In this document: in pieces, positions 9,256 through 19,760 of the stretch
How positions within the stretch are numbered: position 1 is the stretch's first letter
Layout: every line of letters starts with the position of its first letter
NCBI GenBank assembly: GCA_008690995.1
Contig: VRMN01000003.1
Location: 2,108,001-2,172,000 of the forward strand
Source: Porphyridium purpureum
Lineage: Eukaryota
Direction of reading: 5' to 3'
Length of the DNA stretch: 64,000 nucleotides
The notes under the pieces: generated by a model
What the model saw: the letters and a program-made list of their open reading frames with translations, nothing else
Databases searched by the model: none
Told to the model about the DNA's origin: nothing
Translations under genes and position numbers: made by a program

Positions 9256-12200
9256 ATGGACCTGTTTCGCCGCTTCTTCGGCATTGCAGAAGATGAGCGC
9301 GCAACAGATGGCGCGATGTCCGAGCGGCCTGGCGCACCAGGCGTGGGTCAGGAGCCGGCGCGAGACGACGATGGAAGCGAGAGTGAGATTGATGACATGT
9401 TCTCTTCGCACGCCGCGCGCGCGCGAAAAGCGGCGCCATGGTCGTCGAAGCATCAAAAGTCTCGCAGAGCAAAAGGCGTGGCCGCCGGGACAACATCGTC
9501 TGCAGCGACCTCCGCCGCACGCACCATGGATGACTTGCAAAGCAGAAATAATAATCTGGGCGCGCGCTACCACAGACGTACGGTCAGCGCCGCGAATTTG
9601 GTGTTACCTGCGGGTAGTTCACAGGACATCACTGAATTTGGCCAAGCGGCCGAGCGCAGCGCGGACATGATACAAGCCGTCGACTCCATGCCGGATAGCG
9701 TGGGTTACTACTCGGACTTGGAGGACGATGACAACGATAACAATGAAGATAGCCACATGCTCACGCAAAGCGATTGTACGATGAACACGTATACGACACA
9801 GTCAGACCTGGTGATTGCGTTTTCAGATGTAAATGAGGAAGGTTCGAGAGCGGCAGGGACTGATCATTTGTCAGGATCACGTGCTTCGCCATCAGATCAG
9901 GCGTCCACAAAGCCGCAGCTCGAGCATCGCTGGCCTCCTCGCTTGAGCCCCAACAAGGATTGTAGGTTAGAAGAAGATGACGACTCGACGGACTCATCGG
10001 ACCGGGAGCATCGGAGCCGCAGACGCCGGTCGTCTGAAAAGCAACGCAGCTCAACTTCTTCCCCTTTGTACTCGCGTCTCTCGCCGCGACGTCGCGAGGT
10101 TGTGAATGTGCGGTTGAACCCGGTCGCGGACGAGCTAAGGCCGTTGACAGAGTCTCACGGCATAAGCCGCGCCTTACGTTTCCTCGATGCCGACGGCGAC
10201 GAACAGGGAAAGGCCCACCAGCTTGAGAAAAAGGTGTACATACAGGAGCCACCGACGGTGACATCAAGTAGCAGAAACACTGACTCCCAGAGGCTCAGTG
10301 ATGAGATTTTGAAACACTTGAGCCCGGTGAAAATGAGTCGCTCGCAGTCGTCCGCCTTTGAATCATTTTCCGAGGACATTCTCCTTGCGAAAGCGCAGGA
10401 ATTGCAGTTGCACCTGGCGGAGATCAGGGAGCTCAAGGACTCCATTCGGCAAGGCGCCATGAGCGGGAAGCTTTCGAACGCGTCGGCGGCATCAATCGCT
10501 GCTACAGCAAAGGCGTCGCTGCACTCAATGCTGTACGGAGACACGGAACAGCCGGCCCGTAGCGCCGTGCGCACTGATGATGGCAGGGGCAGCGCTGTGG
10601 CATCCGCGTGTTATCCAGACAAAAAAGTAAGGCTCGTGAACGTGTCCTTTCGATTGCCCGTTGCAATCAATTTACTGCCCGAGTCAAACGCGATCCGCAT
10701 CTCTGTCGCGACTGGCGGCGGCATGACGTCCGCTTTCAAAAAATTGGAAGCGTCAATGGATCTGGAATGGGTGGGGCTGCCCAGTGGTCACTATGGCAGC
10801 GAGCTGCACGCGGATGCTGCGCTGCAGCGCGCGGTACAGCAGAAGCTCGCTTCTCAAGGCTCTGCATTTACACCACTGTATGTTGACCCGAGGCTTGTGA
10901 ACGCGCACTCGGCGTTCTGCTCGGGTGTTTTGTGGCCGCTGTTCCACCACATGCCGCTGCAGGTGGATGGTGCGCGTTCATACCGTCCCACACAGTTCGA
11001 GGCCTACGAAAAGCTCAACCAGGCAGTGGCGGATGCCGCCATTAAGTTATGCCATGCTCCAGATGATGTGCTGTGGATCCACGACTTTCATCTTCTGCTT
11101 GTGCCCAAGCTGATCCGCGCGCGGCGGCGCGACGTGCGCATGGGTCTTTTTGTGCATGTGCCTTTCCCGTCGGGTGAACTCTTTCGTACGCTTCCTACGC
11201 GACGTGAAATCCTTGAGGGCATGCTCGGCGCAGACGTGATTGGATTCCATACGGTGCATTACGCTCGTCACTTTATCTCGGTTTGTCAGCGCGTCCTCGG
11301 ACTCGAGGTGCGACCGAATGGCGTCATGTACCGTGGCGGTTTCGTGAGCGTGGGTATTTATCCCATGGGTACGGACGCGATGGCGTTCACGCGCACCGTG
11401 CGTTCCGCCAAGGTTCAGCGGCTTCGCAGCAAGCTCGTGGCTCAATTCAAGGGAAAGAAGATTGTCGTGGGTGTGGATCGCGTCGAGTACATCAAAGGCA
11501 TTCCGCAAAAGCTGCTGGCGATCCGGCGCTTCCTGGAACAACACCCGGACTGGTTGGGTAAAGTTGTTTTTGTGCAGATTGGCATTCCTGTGCCATCGAA
11601 AGACCCACAGTACCTTTTGTTCCGCAACCAGATCTTTGAGTTGGTGGGGGACATTAACTCGCGCTTTGGCACGCTCGAGAGTCAGCCTGTGCATTACCGC
11701 GAGGTGTCCTTGTCGCTTGAGGAACTGTGTGCACTTTACAGCATCTCGGACGCTCTGCTAAGCACGTCGCTGCGCGACGGCATGAATCTTGTTGCATACG
11801 AGTACACGGTATGCCAGCACGAGAATCGTGGAGTGCTGATTCTCTCTGAGTTTACAGGAGCGGCGCTCATGCTACCCGGTGCCTTGCTCTGCAATCCGTG
11901 GAACCTGGATAACGTCGCCGCGTGCGTGCTTGATGCACTCACCATGGCACGCACTGAGAAAGAAGTGCGTCTGAAAAAGACGTTTCGGTACGTGTTTACA
12001 CACACAGCCGCATCGTGGGGTTACAGCTTTGTATCGGATGTGGTGCGCTTTGCCGCGGAGCGCAACAAGCGCATGAAGGACGTTAGGCAACTCGACGATT
12101 CAGTGCTGCAAAGCCACCTGCAAACGTCGAGTGAGAGCAGCGGCCGCGATCCGGATTTAGATCGCGGGATGCGTGTTTTGTTTCTGGATTATGATGGTGC

Positions 12201-13533
12201 CGTTAGCAAGGCACTTGACACACGCCTGACACGTTTGCGGCTGGCGAAACTGCTCGGCGACTTATGCTCCAACCCGCGTAACACTGTTTTTCTGCTGACT
12301 GGTGGCGTCGCGACGCGACGCCTGCAGTGGTTGCACAGTCTTGGCGCCGGGCTCGCCATTGAGGACGGCTACCGTGTCCTGTGGCCCAAGGCATTATTGG
12401 CATCAGCAACTACCGCGAAGAGAAGGCCGCGTCTGGAGCCCGTGTCGCCGCTGGGAGGCGGCGAGCCCGAAAGTGACGCTCAGGCCGCCGCTCAGAGTGC
12501 CCATTTCACAAGCGCACGTACTGCGCCGTCACAGACAAGGACCGAGCCAGCGGCGGTCGATGTTGCAGTGTCTTTGCAGTTGGCGGCACACGGTGATGCG
12601 AAAAAGGCTGCGCTTCTGCGGTCGAGTACGATGAAGCACGTACAGAGCGACTCTCGGCTCGTTGAGCTGGACAAGTCGGAGATTGCGCGCGACCAGAGCC
12701 GCTTATTTGGAAAGGCGCACAAGTCGCGCAGTATTCGGTACAAGGATTTGCAGCAGCCAGAGTGTGACGCTGAGCCACAGCCAGGGCCGTCTGGTGCAGA
12801 GCCATCTTGTGTACAAGCGCCTATTGATAGTGAAACGGTTGGGCACGGGCCTCTATCCGACTCGCACAACTTGGGTGTGGAAGACGAGCCATCGACAAGT
12901 GTCGACTTTGCTGCGGAAGTCATGGGTGGTTTCCCAGGGATGTTCACGAGTGAATGGGAAACTTTAACGACACAGGTGGACGAGGCTCTTCTTCAGAGCG
13001 AGTTGCAGAAAGCGATCGCGATTCTGGAGATTTTCGAGGACATGACGCCCGGAAGCTCCCTGTCTGTACAGCCAGTCTCGGCGGGCTGGTCGTTAGGAAA
13101 CGCAGACGCGGAGTTATCGGTGGCACATAGCGACGACGCCCGACACCAGCTCGAGGAGGCGTTGCAGAATTCGCCCCTGCAAGTTATCTCAGGCAAAGGT
13201 GAGATTCAGATTCGCCCGCGTGGAGTGAGTAAGGGCGCGTGCATGGAGTCCATTGTTGAGCGCTTGCTGTCCACAAGCAGTGTGGCCGTCGACTTGGCTG
13301 GTGAAGGAGACACAAAATATGCGTTATCACCATCGCGGCCGCCGTTTTTGATTGCTGCTTTTGGCGACCACGCGACAGATGCGCAAATGTTCAACACGCT
13401 CGAAAGCCTCAAGCTGACCGGCGGTGTGCGCACATTGAGTTGCTCCATCGGGCGAAAACTCGAAAACGTCCAGTTTGTCGCTGCCACCGTGGAAGACGTG
13501 ATTGAAGCGCTGGAGAGCCTGATCATCCCATGA
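9256..13533 (+). CDS. TPS: Trehalose-6-phosphate synthase/phosphatase-like protein (GT20 plus degenerate HAD domain)
   Basis: LWPLFH, WIHDFHL, HVPFPS, GVDRVEYIKG, RDGMNLVAYEY and LILSEFTGA motifs; LFLDYDG in the C-terminal domain. First ATG is at 9256 (the ORF track starts at TTG 9247). Confidence 0.93.
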   Translation: MDLFRRFFGIAEDERATDGAMSERPGAPGVGQEPARDDDGSESEIDDMFSSHAARARKAAPWSSKHQKSRRAKGVAAGTTSSAATSAARTMDDLQSRNNNLGARYHRRTVSAANLVLPAGSSQDITEFGQAAERSADMIQAVDSMPDSVGYYSDLEDDDNDNNEDSHMLTQSDCTMNTYTTQSDLVIAFSDVNEEGSRAAGTDHLSGSRASPSDQASTKPQLEHRWPPRLSPNKDCRLEEDDDSTDSSDREHRSRRRRSSEKQRSSTSSPLYSRLSPRRREVVNVRLNPVADELRPLTESHGISRALRFLDADGDEQGKAHQLEKKVYIQEPPTVTSSSRNTDSQRLSDEILKHLSPVKMSRSQSSAFESFSEDILLAKAQELQLHLAEIRELKDSIRQGAMSGKLSNASAASIAATAKASLHSMLYGDTEQPARSAVRTDDGRGSAVASACYPDKKVRLVNVSFRLPVAINLLPESNAIRISVATGGGMTSAFKKLEASMDLEWVGLPSGHYGSELHADAALQRAVQQKLASQGSAFTPLYVDPRLVNAHSAFCSGVLWPLFHHMPLQVDGARSYRPTQFEAYEKLNQAVADAAIKLCHAPDDVLWIHDFHLLLVPKLIRARRRDVRMGLFVHVPFPSGELFRTLPTRREILEGMLGADVIGFHTVHYARHFISVCQRVLGLEVRPNGVMYRGGFVSVGIYPMGTDAMAFTRTVRSAKVQRLRSKLVAQFKGKKIVVGVDRVEYIKGIPQKLLAIRRFLEQHPDWLGKVVFVQIGIPVPSKDPQYLLFRNQIFELVGDINSRFGTLESQPVHYREVSLSLEELCALYSISDALLSTSLRDGMNLVAYEYTVCQHENRGVLILSEFTGAALMLPGALLCNPWNLDNVAACVLDALTMARTEKEVRLKKTFRYVFTHTAASWGYSFVSDVVRFAAERNKRMKDVRQLDDSVLQSHLQTSSESSGRDPDLDRGMRVLFLDYDGAVSKALDTRLTRLRLAKLLGDLCSNPRNTVFLLTGGVATRRLQWLHSLGAGLAIEDGYRVLWPKALLASATTAKRRPRLEPVSPLGGGEPESDAQAAAQSAHFTSARTAPSQTRTEPAAVDVAVSLQLAAHGDAKKAALLRSSTMKHVQSDSRLVELDKSEIARDQSRLFGKAHKSRSIRYKDLQQPECDAEPQPGPSGAEPSCVQAPIDSETVGHGPLSDSHNLGVEDEPSTSVDFAAEVMGGFPGMFTSEWETLTTQVDEALLQSELQKAIAILEIFEDMTPGSSLSVQPVSAGWSLGNADAELSVAHSDDARHQLEEALQNSPLQVISGKGEIQIRPRGVSKGACMESIVERLLSTSSVAVDLAGEGDTKYALSPSRPPFLIAAFGDHATDAQMFNTLESLKLTGGVRTLSCSIGRKLENVQFVAATVEDVIEALESLIIP

Positions 13534-13809
13534 CCGTCCCAGTGGTCAGCGCAGAGCTAACCGCAGCAGTGACAGCAGCGACGTGAAAGAAAAGGGAAAA
13601 GTACCCGCCATAAATATGAATTTAATTGTCTGGAAATCGCTTTTGCGCCACTCGACACGATTTCAGCGTTCCGGCCGCTCGTAGCTGTGCTTGTCTAATG
13701 ATCAACCATGTCTGTGATGAATTGACTTACAAATCTACAAAACAGCGCTGGCCATGGATCCACCCACGTCAGCTGCTTGCGCTTCTTTCCCAACGTCGCT
13801 TTATCGTAC

Positions 13810-15570
13810 TCACTGAGTTACGACGCCCTCTGAACCCTTGTTGCGTTCGCGTTTCGCGTTAATACGATCATAAATGTGACATCGAGCATTCACAGGGCAC
13901 ATGTTCGTGCAATGTGTGCAGATCCATTTGGGATTCTGCTGGCGAAGATGCTCTATGTCCATGCCAAGCTTTTCAAAACAAAGCTTGCATGTGATTTTGC
14001 GGCACGTGCCTTCCTCAAAATTGCCGCACACTAAAGATGCTGTCCGGCGACTGTCGCGCGCGCAGATGTGGCAGTACAACGAGGGCTCCTTATTTTGGTA
14101 CGTCTTGGGCTTTCGGCGACTCTTTTTGAAGCCGCCCGACGTTGGCGTGCCCGGGATGCTACCGCCGTTGTGTCTCGGCGTTGTCGGGCCCCGTGGAGTC
14201 AACTGGAAACTGCGCGGCCCGTTATCCGCGTTTGCAGAATCGCTGAAGAGTCGATCACGCCGCACTGACAAGTGCGGAAGCGAGGAGAACTCGTCCATGT
14301 CTGTATATCGCCTTTGCGAAAATCCGGGAGCTCCTCCGTCCGTTACTCCACCGCCATACCTCCCTATTCTATCGTCCATCGACGCAAACTCGCCGCCGGT
14401 CAAATTTTGGAACACCTGCTCGGGAGACGGCGGGAGTTCGAAAGGATCAGCCATGCATGCCGGGTCCGCGTCAAAGGTGAACAGATCCGCTTCGCTGTCC
14501 ATGGCTGAGTACTGCGGTCGTTGCTGAGCATGACTCTGGCCCTGCTGTCCCATGCTTATCATAAGCTGGAAGCCATCGGGCACGTCATCGACAGAGTATG
14601 TATTTTTGGCGGACTTGGGCATGGGCTCAGCCTTTACACCCTTTTGCGGCTTGGCTCGGGTCGGTGTCGAGCTGGCGCGGCCAAAACTTGGACTTTGGTG
14701 GCTACTTAACTCGGCCGAGCTCGCGCTGATCTGTGGGGCGAGCGGTTTGTCAGACAGCGAGCCGCGCACGGGCGTCACCGGTTTCTGCGATGACACGGCA
14801 AACGAAGTGCGCTTCTTGCGTGCGACGCCCTTGCCAGTGCTGACTGCGCGCGGACCCATGCCAGAGGTCGCCCCGCTCGAGTCCGCGGGCATCGACATGC
14901 GGCGCGGGACCGCATTGGCCAAGGAGCTCGACGACGAAGCCGTTGGTGACATGAGGCTGGGCCCAACGCCCGGCACGAGTGCGAACGGGTCGGTTGCCTC
15001 GCGGTCCGGGAAAATCCCTTGCGACAAATCGGCATAGTCCAAAAAGTCCGCGAGCTCGTCGCACACGGACATGACCTGGAACTCATTCGGGCCGATGTCG
15101 TCTAGCGCCTGCGCCATGCTATCCTGGAACTGGAATCCATCGTGCTGGTGTGGCCCACCTGCGCGACTTTGAAGGTTTCTATGCTCGGCAACGCCTGCAC
15201 GATGTTGCTGTTGTTGCTGCTGCTGCTGCTGCGGTACAGCGGCCCACATCTTCGTGCTCATGGCGCCTGCATGCTCATTATTGTATCCTGCGCCCGGCGC
15301 GAAAGCGTGTTGCTGGTGCAGCTGCTGCTGACTCTGGGCATAGGTCTGATCCTGATAATACTCCTCTCCCGCGGCGCCCGCGCCATAATACTGCGGCGGA
15401 TCATGCGCATACGGCTGCGACGGCACTGTCTGGCACGCATCCAGCGCGAAGCCGTGCGCCTTGTGCGGCGTCGTCGGCTGCGACCCAATCTGCAACGGCA
15501 CGGGGCGCTTGCTCAGCTTGCGCCGCACCTGTCCCATGCCATCCTGCAACGTGTCAAAAAACCCGCTCAT
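13810..15570 (-). CDS. Putative nuclear regulator with Gln/Ser-rich disordered region and C-terminal zf-4CXXC_R1 (CDCA7/JPO1-like) zinc finger
   Basis: CHIC...C...CRKITCKLC...WICTHC...C...C pattern preceded by a basic KKSRRKPK segment. First ATG is at 15570; the upstream in-frame sequence is low-complexity UTR-like DNA. Confidence 0.78.
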   Translation of the reverse strand: MSGFFDTLQDGMGQVRRKLSKRPVPLQIGSQPTTPHKAHGFALDACQTVPSQPYAHDPPQYYGAGAAGEEYYQDQTYAQSQQQLHQQHAFAPGAGYNNEHAGAMSTKMWAAVPQQQQQQQQQHRAGVAEHRNLQSRAGGPHQHDGFQFQDSMAQALDDIGPNEFQVMSVCDELADFLDYADLSQGIFPDREATDPFALVPGVGPSLMSPTASSSSSLANAVPRRMSMPADSSGATSGMGPRAVSTGKGVARKKRTSFAVSSQKPVTPVRGSLSDKPLAPQISASSAELSSHQSPSFGRASSTPTRAKPQKGVKAEPMPKSAKNTYSVDDVPDGFQLMISMGQQGQSHAQQRPQYSAMDSEADLFTFDADPACMADPFELPPSPEQVFQNLTGGEFASMDDRIGRYGGGVTDGGAPGFSQRRYTDMDEFSSLPHLSVRRDRLFSDSANADNGPRSFQLTPRGPTTPRHNGGSIPGTPTSGGFKKSRRKPKTYQNKEPSLYCHICARDSRRTASLVCGNFEEGTCRKITCKLCFEKLGMDIEHLRQQNPKWICTHCTNMCPVNARCHIYDRINAKRERNKGSEGVVTQ

Positions 15571-15742
15571 CGTGTCCCGCGCGTCAGCTCCTCCCCTCCC
15601 CTCTAATCCTCTCACCTCCGTTCCCCACCCCCATACATTCCGCACCCTCCCCCAACCCAATGTGTCACACAAACACACAAACACACAAACACACTCTACC
15701 CCCTCACCGTCTACCCTCCCACAGAACACCACCACCACTCCT

Positions 15743-15790
15743 CCACTCCCTCCTCCACTCCCTCCTCCACTCCCTCCTCCACTCCCTCCT
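15743..15790. repeat. Four perfect tandem copies of the 12-mer CCACTCCCTCCT in the 5' region of the zf-4CXXC gene
   Basis: Read directly: units start at 15743, 15755, 15767 and 15779. Confidence 0.9.
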
Positions 15791-16894
15791 TCACTTCGTA
15801 CCTCAACCCAACTCACACACAAACGCACACGCCTCCTTCCTCTTTGTCGCTCTCTGCCTCCGTCACCCACACGCGTTTCCTCAAAAGTCACAAATCAGAA
15901 GCACGAAAATCTATACACCCGAACAAGCCCTCCTCCTCATCGTCTTTGTCTTCATCATCCTCTTTCGCATCGCCAGCATCGCCTCTGGGCCTGTGTATGC
16001 GCGCGCTGCGGTCACCCCGTTTGACGCCAGCAGGCGGCGCGCCGCGCGTTCTGGCGCTCCGGCAAGGCGCGCTCGCCCTGTGCCTGACGCTGCGGCGCCA
16101 ATCACACTGACAACGGCCCTGCGCGATGTGTGTATGTGAGTGTGTCTGTTCCCGTGTGGACAAACATGCGCACACACGATGAAGATGATGAGAATGGTGA
16201 TGAAGGGCACAAGGGAAAGAGAAACAGAGCGACACACACACACAGCGGAACGATGGCGGGTGGAGAGTAGGTGGTGGAACGGTGGGTGCGTCATAGACTT
16301 TGGCAGCTATCGATCGCCCGTGCCGTGGCGTGCGGGGTGGCTGTGTGGAGCCGCGAGGGTTATGTGCGACCGTGCCGTCGAATCATGTTGGAACGGCCAC
16401 AGACACCCAGTTGACCACAGACACAAGACACAAAACACAAAGCAGGCCGGTCCCCGGCTGTGTCTCACAGCAGCTTTGCGCGCACACAAAGAATCGCTCA
16501 AATCATGTCGCGCTCATGCTGTGTGATCTGAAACGATCGAGCGCGCAGACGCGCCGTGTCGCTCATTCTCTCACGCATTTGCATGATGATTTTCCTGTTC
16601 CTCCGCCGCACGCTCCGGTTCGCGCGCAGCTCCGAAACTCAAAATAAGATCAACTGGGGTACAGCCAGACTGTACGCACTTCCTCGTTGTAAACCATTGA
16701 TGCGGACGCGGAACCCTAGAGTCCGCACACCGGGTGCACTGTAAGCATACAACGGGTTGTGGGTACAGTGCGCGGCTCACGATGCAGCGGGGGTACGGTG
16801 CGCTTCCATGTGGAAGGTGTGTGTGCGCGATGTGGGAAGAAGAGGGGGGAGAAGGATGGGTTATGACAGTGGCACGCGCAGGTAGTGAGAAGGT

Positions 16895-17000
16895 GGTGTG
16901 GTGTGGTGTGGTGTGGTGTGTGTACAAGGTTGGAATTGGACGCGTTAGGCACCGGTAAGCGCGCGGTGTGTGTCTGTGTTTGTGTGTGTGTGTGTGTGCG
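16895..17000. repeat. (GTGTG)n and (GT)n microsatellites upstream of UAP
   Basis: Directly visible GT-rich simple repeats. Confidence 0.85.
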
Positions 17001-17041
17001 TGAGGTGCGTTTGGGGTGTTTCGGTCCTGCGGCGGTGTGGA

Positions 17042-18535
17042 ATGGAAGAGATGGGCGCGATCAAGGAAAAGCTGCAGCGCATTGGCCAGACGCAGCTGCT
17101 TGACGCGCTCGACGCTCTGCGCGCGCAAGGCGATGAGGACGCTGCCGCGCGGCTGAGCGACCAGCTCAGTCAGCTCGACTTTGACACGCTCGCGGCAATT
17201 CGTGCGCAGTTCTTCTCGTCAAACGCGTCGCGCAGCGACGAGACAAACGCGTTGCCGTACGAGCTGGACAAACTGCAACCCGCCCAGTACGTCACGCTCG
17301 AGGCTCAGAACGAGCAGCGCGAGAGCGGCGAGCAGGAAAAGTTTGTCAGCGCCGGAGAGCAGCTCGTGAAACAGGGCAAGGTCGCGGCCGTCCTCGTGGC
17401 CGGCGGGCAGGGGTCCCGGCTCGGGTTTCATGGCCCAAAGGGCGCGTACAAGGTGTCTGCGGCGCGTGCAAAGCCGCTCTTCCAGCTTTTTGCTGAGCAG
17501 CTGCTGGCCGTCATGAAAAAGCACAACGCAGTGGTGCCTTGGTACGTGATGACTAGCTCGGCGAACGATGAGGCCACGCGCAGCTTTTTCAAGGAGCACC
17601 AGTACTTTGGCCTTGACCCAGACAACGTGGTCTTCTTCGTCCAGGGCCAGCTTCCCGCGTGGGACTTTTCGGGCCGTCTCATTCGTGAGCGCAAGGATAG
17701 CCTCTTCATGGCGCCCGACGGGCACGGCGGCTGCCTCAAGGCGCTCAAGGTGTCCGGCGCGCTGGACGATATGAAGCGGCGCGGCATCGAGCACGTGTCC
17801 TATTTCCAGGTGGACAACCCGCTCGTGAGCATCGTCGATATCGAGTTTCTGGGAAGACACGTCATCAAGGGCAGTGAGATTGCCTGCCGCGTGCTGCGAA
17901 AACGCGACGCCAAGGAAGGGCTCGGCAATTTCTGCATCTACGAGGACAAGCTGATGATCATTGAGTACAGCGACCTGCCGGACGAGCTCGCCAACAAGCG
18001 CGTGGCGGGCGGAGACGAGCTCATGTTCTCGGCGGGAAGTCCGAGCATCATGATTTTCCAGCTCGCCTTTGTGGAGCGTCTGCTCAGCGACGACTCGGAG
18101 CTGTCACTGCCATTCCATGAAGCGCGCAAAAAGATTCCGTACGTTGACGAGGATGGCAACCGCGTGGACGAGCCAGCAGAGAAGAACGGCTGCAAATTTG
18201 AAATGTTTGTCTTTGACGCGCTGCCGGCGGCCAAATCCACTCTTCTCGTCGAAGCGCCGCGCGACACCTCATTTGCACCCGTGAAAAACCCGGAAGGCGC
18301 AGACTCGCCGGACTCGTGTCGTGCGTACATGATGAACATGCACGCATCATGGCTTGAGGCGTGCGGCATCCAGGTTCCGAAGAAGGACGACGGACAGTCC
18401 GTCGACTGCGTCATCGAGATCTCCTCCCTACTGGCCACAAGCGCCGCAGAGCTGCAAGTCGCGATCGACAAAGGGCTTGCAAAGGCAGAGATTCCGCGCG
18501 AGCTTGAGCGCGGTCGGACATACTACTTTGAATAA
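17042..18535 (+). CDS. UAP1: UDP-N-acetylglucosamine pyrophosphorylase (UAP/UDPGP type 1 family)
   Basis: LVAGGQGSRLGxxGPKG, PDGHGG, VDNPL, EYSD, KFEMFVFD and FAPVKN motifs; first ATG at 17042. Confidence 0.92.
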   Translation: MEEMGAIKEKLQRIGQTQLLDALDALRAQGDEDAAARLSDQLSQLDFDTLAAIRAQFFSSNASRSDETNALPYELDKLQPAQYVTLEAQNEQRESGEQEKFVSAGEQLVKQGKVAAVLVAGGQGSRLGFHGPKGAYKVSAARAKPLFQLFAEQLLAVMKKHNAVVPWYVMTSSANDEATRSFFKEHQYFGLDPDNVVFFVQGQLPAWDFSGRLIRERKDSLFMAPDGHGGCLKALKVSGALDDMKRRGIEHVSYFQVDNPLVSIVDIEFLGRHVIKGSEIACRVLRKRDAKEGLGNFCIYEDKLMIIEYSDLPDELANKRVAGGDELMFSAGSPSIMIFQLAFVERLLSDDSELSLPFHEARKKIPYVDEDGNRVDEPAEKNGCKFEMFVFDALPAAKSTLLVEAPRDTSFAPVKNPEGADSPDSCRAYMMNMHASWLEACGIQVPKKDDGQSVDCVIEISSLLATSAAELQVAIDKGLAKAEIPRELERGRTYYFE

Positions 18536-18706
18536 GTGATCATATTAGCCGCAGGTTCCATTTTCCAAAAAAAGAAACGTGAAACAAGTCGAAAACGTTG
18601 ATTTCCGCTCGCACGCCGGAGTCACCGCGACAGGTGTGGTCCGAGATATTCTCGCTGCCTTGCTGCCTGGGAGAGTTGGACCGGAGTGGCGCGCTACGTA
18701 GCAACG

Positions 18707-19318
18707 ATGGCGGCGGATGACGAGTGGTCGGCTGGCGCGCTTGAAGAACAGCCGGCGCCAGAGACAGGGTTGGACGCGCTGATTTGCCCGATATGTTTAT
18801 CGGCGCTTGGCGCGTCCGACGAGGGCGGGAGCCGCACAACAGCAGCAGCGGACTTTTCATGCTTCACACCAATGGAAATGGTACCAGGCGCGCCCGCCGA
18901 TACTGCCGTCGGTGCGGCTGCCGCCCCGGCGTCCGTGGACAAAATGGCGCAGGCTGGTGCTGAGATATCAGTGATAAAAGATTGCGGCCACGCCTTTGAC
19001 AAGGCGTGTTTGATGCAGTGGGTTGCGCGCGGAGGAGACTCGTGTCCGGTCTGTCGCGCGCCCATACCCGGTGTGGAGCGCCCGCGCCGCACCAAGACCA
19101 ACCCGGAACTGTTCAGTGCTGGTGTGGGGATGCCGGCTCTCACAAGGGAGGAATGGCTTCTTCGAGATGAAGAGTCGATAACACCGGTCGACTTCTTCGG
19201 CAGGCGGATGGAGTACACGGAATATAGCAGGATTGTACCACCAGGCAGGAGACCACAGCGTTTCAAGTCGTTTGGCGCTCATGTACTGCGAATATTGCGC
19301 ATGTCTGCGGACGACTGA
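18707..19318 (+). CDS. RING-finger protein (RING-D-like variant), putative E3 ligase
   Basis: CPIC-x62-CGHAFDKAC-xxxW-CPVCR; first ATG at 18707. Confidence 0.8.
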   Translation: MAADDEWSAGALEEQPAPETGLDALICPICLSALGASDEGGSRTTAAADFSCFTPMEMVPGAPADTAVGAAAAPASVDKMAQAGAEISVIKDCGHAFDKACLMQWVARGGDSCPVCRAPIPGVERPRRTKTNPELFSAGVGMPALTREEWLLRDEESITPVDFFGRRMEYTEYSRIVPPGRRPQRFKSFGAHVLRILRMSADD

Positions 19319-19760
19319 TTTTGAGAGAGGCCGAACAGCCTGGCAGAGGTGGACCGCGTGCTCAAGGCGACTGCGACGAGACAATACCGCACGCGCAGGT
19401 GCGCACAATTTGATATGGACAGTGGTGCTTTCGCGCTTGCCCGGAGCTTCCTGTGTTGACTCCGGGGCGCGATGCTTTCGTTGCTGACCAAATGTCGACG
19501 GGCTTGAACTACCTAGTGAATGTCCGCGGAAGGGGCTTGTGGAAGACGCACAGAATGGTGGAGCCGAATGAGGCTTAATGTTTAACAATTTCTGAACACG
19601 TTCACGCCTCAGTTCGTTGTTCCATAGCACTGACTCTTCTTTCTCGTGTCCTTGTTTTTAATGCTCGGGACTAGCCGACGGCCATAGTGCGCCAGGTAAG
19701 CTGCGATGGGGGTACAAAGCCCGCCCGCCCAAAACAACGTGGATGTGGCAGACTTGCGCG

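Noticed and set aside
13550..13566. CTAAC...CAG branch-point/acceptor-like sequence after the TPS stop
   Set aside because: No convincing donor site, and the CDS already ends as expected for a TPP domain.
15571..15891. N-terminal extension with GGGS repeats on the zf-4CXXC ORF
   Set aside because: Begins at a non-ATG codon and derives from the 12-mer repeat and GT tract; treated as 5'UTR.
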